From Chlorokybus atmophyticus (taxonomy: Eukaryota; Plantae; Mesostigma and Chlorokybus algae), in the NCBI GenBank assembly GCA_009103225.1, contig RHPI01002533.1, positions 7,793 to 71,792 on the forward strand: 64,000 nt of DNA. Direction: 5' to 3'. Below the pieces are notes generated by a model. The model searched no databases. It saw only the letters and a program-made list of their open reading frames with translations, and was not told the origin of the DNA. The position numbers were made by a program, and so were the translations under genes. Positions 58,962 to 64,000 of this stretch are shown here, one piece after another. Position 1 is the first letter of the stretch. The number at the start of each line of letters is the position of its first letter.

Positions 58962-61364
58962 AGATGTACTCCTTGTGCTCTTCCTGCTCCTACACCTGCA
59001 TACTTAGGTAGCTGCTGGCTCGTAAACTACAGCTATTGTACATACCGGGCTTGGCTGGGCCCTCACATTCTTCTGTAATCATGGATTACTGTTGCCTTCG
59101 GAAGGTCAGTGCCAAGTTTAGCCAGAGCTTCTCCATATTGGGATCCTCTGCGATAGCAGGCTTCTGACCAGTGGTCCGATAGGCACTAGACACTGACATG
59201 CATGGCATGCGCGTACTCAGGTTTGCGCTGCCCTGCTTAGACTAGAGATGACACTGATGTTCTCTGTATAGTGTTAATAAAAGTGCATATGTCATATCAG
59301 TGTACAGCATATGCGAAGTGCTGTGACAGCCTTTCATTTTGCATGCAATGTGTGTTGCACACTTCATGACCAAATTGTTGTCAAGTGCCATTTGCTGTGT
59401 TTGAAAGTGTGCAATTGCGGTGTGATACGCTCATGGAAGAGCTACAGTCCCAGCATAGTGTAGCACATGATGCTGCGCCCCCTGGTCATCTGTCAATGCT
59501 TTGCCCATGTTCCACTTTGCTACTGTACATACAATGTGCGACGGATGTGCTTATGCATCGTGACAATCACCTGTGCCTGGCTGTCTGCTGAGTAGCTGAA
59601 CTTGCATCACCATTCATGCCATACACTAGCTGCGGTTGCGAAGTGACGAATGCAACAGTTGGTATACATCCGATTGCCAATGCACAGGCAAGCAGGCCAG
59701 CATGTAGGCATAATGTAAAACCAGCATCAGCAGCAACATGCTTCTAGAGCTCCAAGTTCTGCTGATTTGCGTAAGCTTTAAATCAAAGTGTCAGAAGACA
59801 CGCGTGTGCCTCAACTCAGCCTCAATTATCATACTGTTGTACCAGGAGGAGTAGCTGTTGCTGCCAGCCTACATGGTACGCAAACACTGACAGCGTCAAG
59901 GCTCTCACGTGTGCATTACAGTGCTGCCCTTCAACTCTGGTTGCTGCGACATGGGACTTGTCGTGCCCAGCAGCGCCCTTCATCTGTTCACTCGACCTTT
60001 TACTTTGCGACATGTTCAACAACCTCTGGAGCTGTGTTACAAGCATACCCATCGCAGTGCACTGGAGGAACTTGCATTCGCAAGCAGGCTGCACCCCATA
60101 CGTGTACCTCATGTTTCATAGGCTTTCTAGTGGTTCCAGTGGCAAGTGTGCTAGCTAGCATGCAGCACACAAATACAAGTCAAATCACACACACCGCACA
60201 CAGAACAAGTAGACAGCTGCAACTCTGTAAGGCAATGGCAAGGCTAGTGTGCTAGTGACTAAGTGCATGAGCGGGGCGGTGCAGCAGCAAGCAGTGCAGA
60301 AGCAAGCATCTTAGCCAACCTGAGCACAAGGTATCAGAGGCAGAGGTTAGGCCGATAGCGAGGCAGCCCAGCAGCAGGGCAGAGCAGCAAGCAAATGCAG
60401 GCGGGGTGTGGCGGGAATGCTGTGCTGTGCTGTGCGTGAATGGCGCAAGATTGGCGGCTGCGAGGCTTTGCCGTGGTCTTTTAGGCCCGTAGTGTACATG
60501 TACCTGCATCGCGACAAAGCCCTCCCGATTCAAGCCTGCCCGCCTCCTTCTGCAGCGTCCTTGCATAGATTGCATATACGTTGCATGCACACCGCTCCGT
60601 GCATGGCCACCAGAGCCCTCAGTTTAGATGTGGTGAACGTGTCGTATGTCAAGCTGCAGAGTCATGAGTTGGTTTCCAAGAAGTGAGGGAGTGTCGCAAC
60701 AGAGTCAGTTGTTTTAAGCAAGTGTAGTGAGCGGACTGACTCTACCTCACTCTTAGGAATAAGCACGGTGGTTGCGTTGACCACGCAAGCTCGCCAGCTT
60801 CTGTGCAATTGCAACACCACAACGTAACGCATGCCATGTCTCTCAGATATGGCGTGCCTTTCCTTGCTGCCTAGCAGCGCGACAACAAGGAGTAGCAAGC
60901 GATCACCGCAGAGTAGTATATCAAACATAGTGCAAATCGGACTAGTTGACTGGGGCTGTTTGGCGTCGCCATACGCTTGTCCGCCGATTGCTGAAGCTAG
61001 ATTATGCTGAGTGCAATCAACTATTTGGCTTACGGTGCAATGCTGGTAGCTACTATGCCTTGGGTTCTAGCCTGGCCCAAAACTGAACACAACCTACACC
61101 AGCCAGCTTAGCCCCAGCGCCATGTCATGCCGTGAAGCACACGACTTTGCGCAAGCTGCTTGTTAGCTACACAGTGCTGCAATATAGTGTCTGTTGTTGT
61201 ACACAGTGCTGGGTGGTGGCAAGGCGGTGGGCGCGAGGCCAGGCCAGGCCAGGCCAGGCGTTCAAGGCCTCCGCACCAATCTATTGGTTGGGCTGGCAGG
61301 GCGTTGGCTTTGAGCCAGGCCTGCTAACAAAGCGTTTTGTTAGCTGCAGCAGCATTCTGCTAGC

Positions 61365-64000
61365 ATGGCCACAGCGGGAGTGATGACGCCGCCGGCGGGG
61401 GAGCTGCCGGTTACAGAGAGGAGCAACGAGCTGACGGACGACATTGACATGGTAGGCACAGAGTAAGGAGCACGTCATGGCATGCGCCTTGCCATATTTG
61501 TCAGGGGATCGGCATCGTATGGTTGCACGCGCGCACACTGTGGGCTGAGGTGAACCTGCGTTGATGTGCTCTGTTTGAGCTCTTAGAGTTGCACTTGATG
61601 AGCGCATCCATCCAACAGCATGCAGAAAATGTTGCTGTTGTTGCCTTGCCATACAAACTGACTGTACAATGCTCTGCACACTAAAGAGCTTAGTACCTGA
61701 AAGTTCAAGCTCACAGAGCATGCTGCCTGTCCTTGTTTCATTCGGGTTTTGTGATCCGTCACTAATTCACGTGGATTGTAAAACTGAGCTGCATTGAAGT
61801 TTAAGTCACTTTCCATGCAGGCAAATGCGGAAGGCATTGTGCGGATGCTGAGAGGATGCGACGCGCAGCTGTTTGCCGGCTACAAGTCCTATCCAGGATT
61901 AGTGGACTCTGAGGTAAGCCGCCAAACATGAAAAATAGAGAGAGAAAGAGATTCAGCTCAGCACAGCTTCCACAATGCCATGCTTTGCAAGCCTCATGCC
62001 ACACACGCATGCGTGTCACTGCACACGTGCGTACGAACACATGAACACGGAAACTCACAAGCAACCGTTTGGTACTTGATATGCTATCCTTGATTGCTGA
62101 TGGTTGGCGTAGAGCAACACACTTGTTGGTTGTGGCACATTATGCGAGTCTTGGCCTGCAATGACGGTGGCCATGAGTTTGTTGGATGCAGGTACGCGAA
62201 GCTGCAGACGCTGTTAGCGCTGTGGCGGCAGAGTTCCTGACATCATCAAAGGTGGGTTCAATGCTCGTTGTCCCCTTCACGCATGTCTCAAACAATGCTT
62301 TCAACTGAATGCAGGACAGCGTGATTGTTCTCAGCGGCGCCGGCACGAGCGGGCGCATCGCCATGCAGGTACGCTGGTGGTGAAGTGGCCTTCATGTTTC
62401 TGTCTTTACAACGCATGCAATGCAACAAATAGTGTGCAATGGTCATCGCGTGCAGGTCGCGACAACATTCAATGGTTTACTGAACCGCCACGGCCGATCC
62501 ATCCTGCCTTGCTTCAAGTACCTCATGGCTGGAGGCGATGCAGCGCTGCTGCAGGCAAGCTAAACGCTAAAGTTTCCGGTTCAACGTGTTTCAAGACTGA
62601 CCATGTGCAACATGACGTACACATCATCGTGTGCAGGCGCAAGAAGGTGCCGAGGACAATGCGGTGCAAGCAGTGGCGGACTTGAGCAGCATGGAAGCGT
62701 CCGGGCCTTTCGGCAAGCCATATCGCAGAGTGCTACTTGTATGTGCAAACAGCTACACAGAATATACACACAAAACGCGCGCATGATGCTACCGTGGCAA
62801 GAGTTGAAAGGCTTGGCATTACAGTCGAAACCACATCAATTGCTGTGTTGTGCGTAGGTGGGCATCACGTGCGGTTTGAGCGCAACATACATTGCAGCCC
62901 AACTTGAGGTGACTATCACTGCATGATCAGCTGACCGGCTATGAGTGCTCCTGATTGACAACTGACTCTTTTCCGCAGTATGCCATGTCTCAACCACACT
63001 ATGCAGTGGCATTGATCGGCTGCAATCTCCCAAGCCTTGCACGTCGGGTCCAGGTTCGTGTCAGCATGTTGGTGGCCTTGAGCTACTGGCTGATTGCCGT
63101 TATTAATACTGTTAATGTTGAGTTTGTTGGCAGGTATCTAAGAACTGCAGCAGTTTCTACGAAGTTGTGAAGCGCATGCAGCAGCTCGCACGATCGCCCG
63201 AGTCCGGAATGCAGCAGCACTTTCTTATCACTCCTGTTGTCGGCCCGGTGAGGAACCCCACCTTTGCAAGTGATGTTGTGTTGCATAGAGAGTGTACGGA
63301 TTGGCACATGTTGTCCCATTAGGAGGCCATAACCGGGTCAACAAGGATGAAGGGCGGCACCGTGACCAAAATGTTGCTCGATTTCATGTTTGGGCTTGCG
63401 TGCAGCAGAGTACTGCAGCAGCCTCTGCTTGGCACAGGTAAATCTGCGTTTACCCATAAACTTGAGTTGATTCAAGCGCCTTTCTGCAACGCATAAAGTT
63501 TAGTACTGTGCAGTTCCGCAGAAAGTGTCAAAGGTGCATGCTCTTCCGATGTCGAGCCAACTCACTCCCGCAATGCCGGCTGGATGCAACAGGCGGTCGT
63601 ACGACCTTGCTCTGGACGCTTATCAAGCGGTCATGCAAGCTGTGTATCTTGAAGCTGCCTCAATCCAAGTAAGCTGTGAGAAGTTTGTGATACTTTTGTG
63701 TCCCTGTTGTTTTTCATGTTGAGTAGTAGAGCAGAGGTCTCCGACACAAATGCACAACATGGATATGTTTCTGCAGGAGCTCATGCAGCATGCCGTGCAC
63801 AGCTTGCGCGCGAAGCGCCACTTGTACTATCTTGGCTCAGGCATAGCTGGCATGGTGGGTCTGATTGGTAAGCTCACTTGCTACTTGATTGGCGTTGTGC
63901 ATGTGCAATGCGTGTTGATAGCTTGATAGCTTTGCATGAACTTGAAACCAATACCTCCACCCTTGCCATGGCAGATGCTGCTGAGCAAGTTCCAACCTTC
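61365..64000 (+). CDS. Glucokinase-regulatory-protein-like / MurQ-family SIS-domain protein (multi-exon, 3' partial)
   Basis: Exon peptides in order: PVTERSNELTDDIDM, ANAEGIVRMLRGCDAQLF, VIVLSGAGTSGRIA, YLMAGGDAA, EGAEDN, VGITCGLSATYIA, EAITGSTRMKGGTVTKMLL, HLYYLGSG...GLI, DAAEQVPTF. Confidence 0.88.

Noticed and set aside
59380-61200. Possible spliced gene on the minus strand, divergent from the GCKR-like gene
   Set aside because: Some plausible GT-AG exon joins, but no recognisable domain or confident model.

Overview
Eukaryotic nuclear DNA with short GT-AG introns, most consistent with a green alga or early-diverging streptophyte (inferred from a plastid-type RSH2/3-like gene). Bases 1 to about 46.2 kb are a nested transposon stack. 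(i) A CACTA/CMC-type DNA transposon, whose left end lies outside the window and whose right TIR ends at 17204. It carries a spliced CACTA transposase that reads through into PHD/C5HCH-like fingers and a Ulp1 protease. Head-to-head with that gene sits a spliced Cys/His-finger + Tudor + bacterial/phage-type C5 DNA methyltransferase gene. (ii) A full-length Copia inserted in the Ulp1 exon, and a second Copia that the CACTA element itself interrupts. (iii) Two copies of a Gypsy family with domain order gag-PR-DNMT3-like MTase-RT-RH-IN-PHD. (iv) A chromovirus Gypsy with a possible degenerate N6-adenine MTase segment, a DD35D pogo element in its LTR, a solo LTR and an unclassified insertion. Three TRIM mini-retroelements from two families have a tRNA-type Pol III A-box inside the LTR and a B-box just past the PBS (degraded in one copy). 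From about 47 kb to the end are host genes: fatty-acid hydroxylase-like, RelA/SpoT homologue, and a glucokinase-regulatory-protein/MurQ-like gene running off the window. All calls are by eye; no database searches were run.
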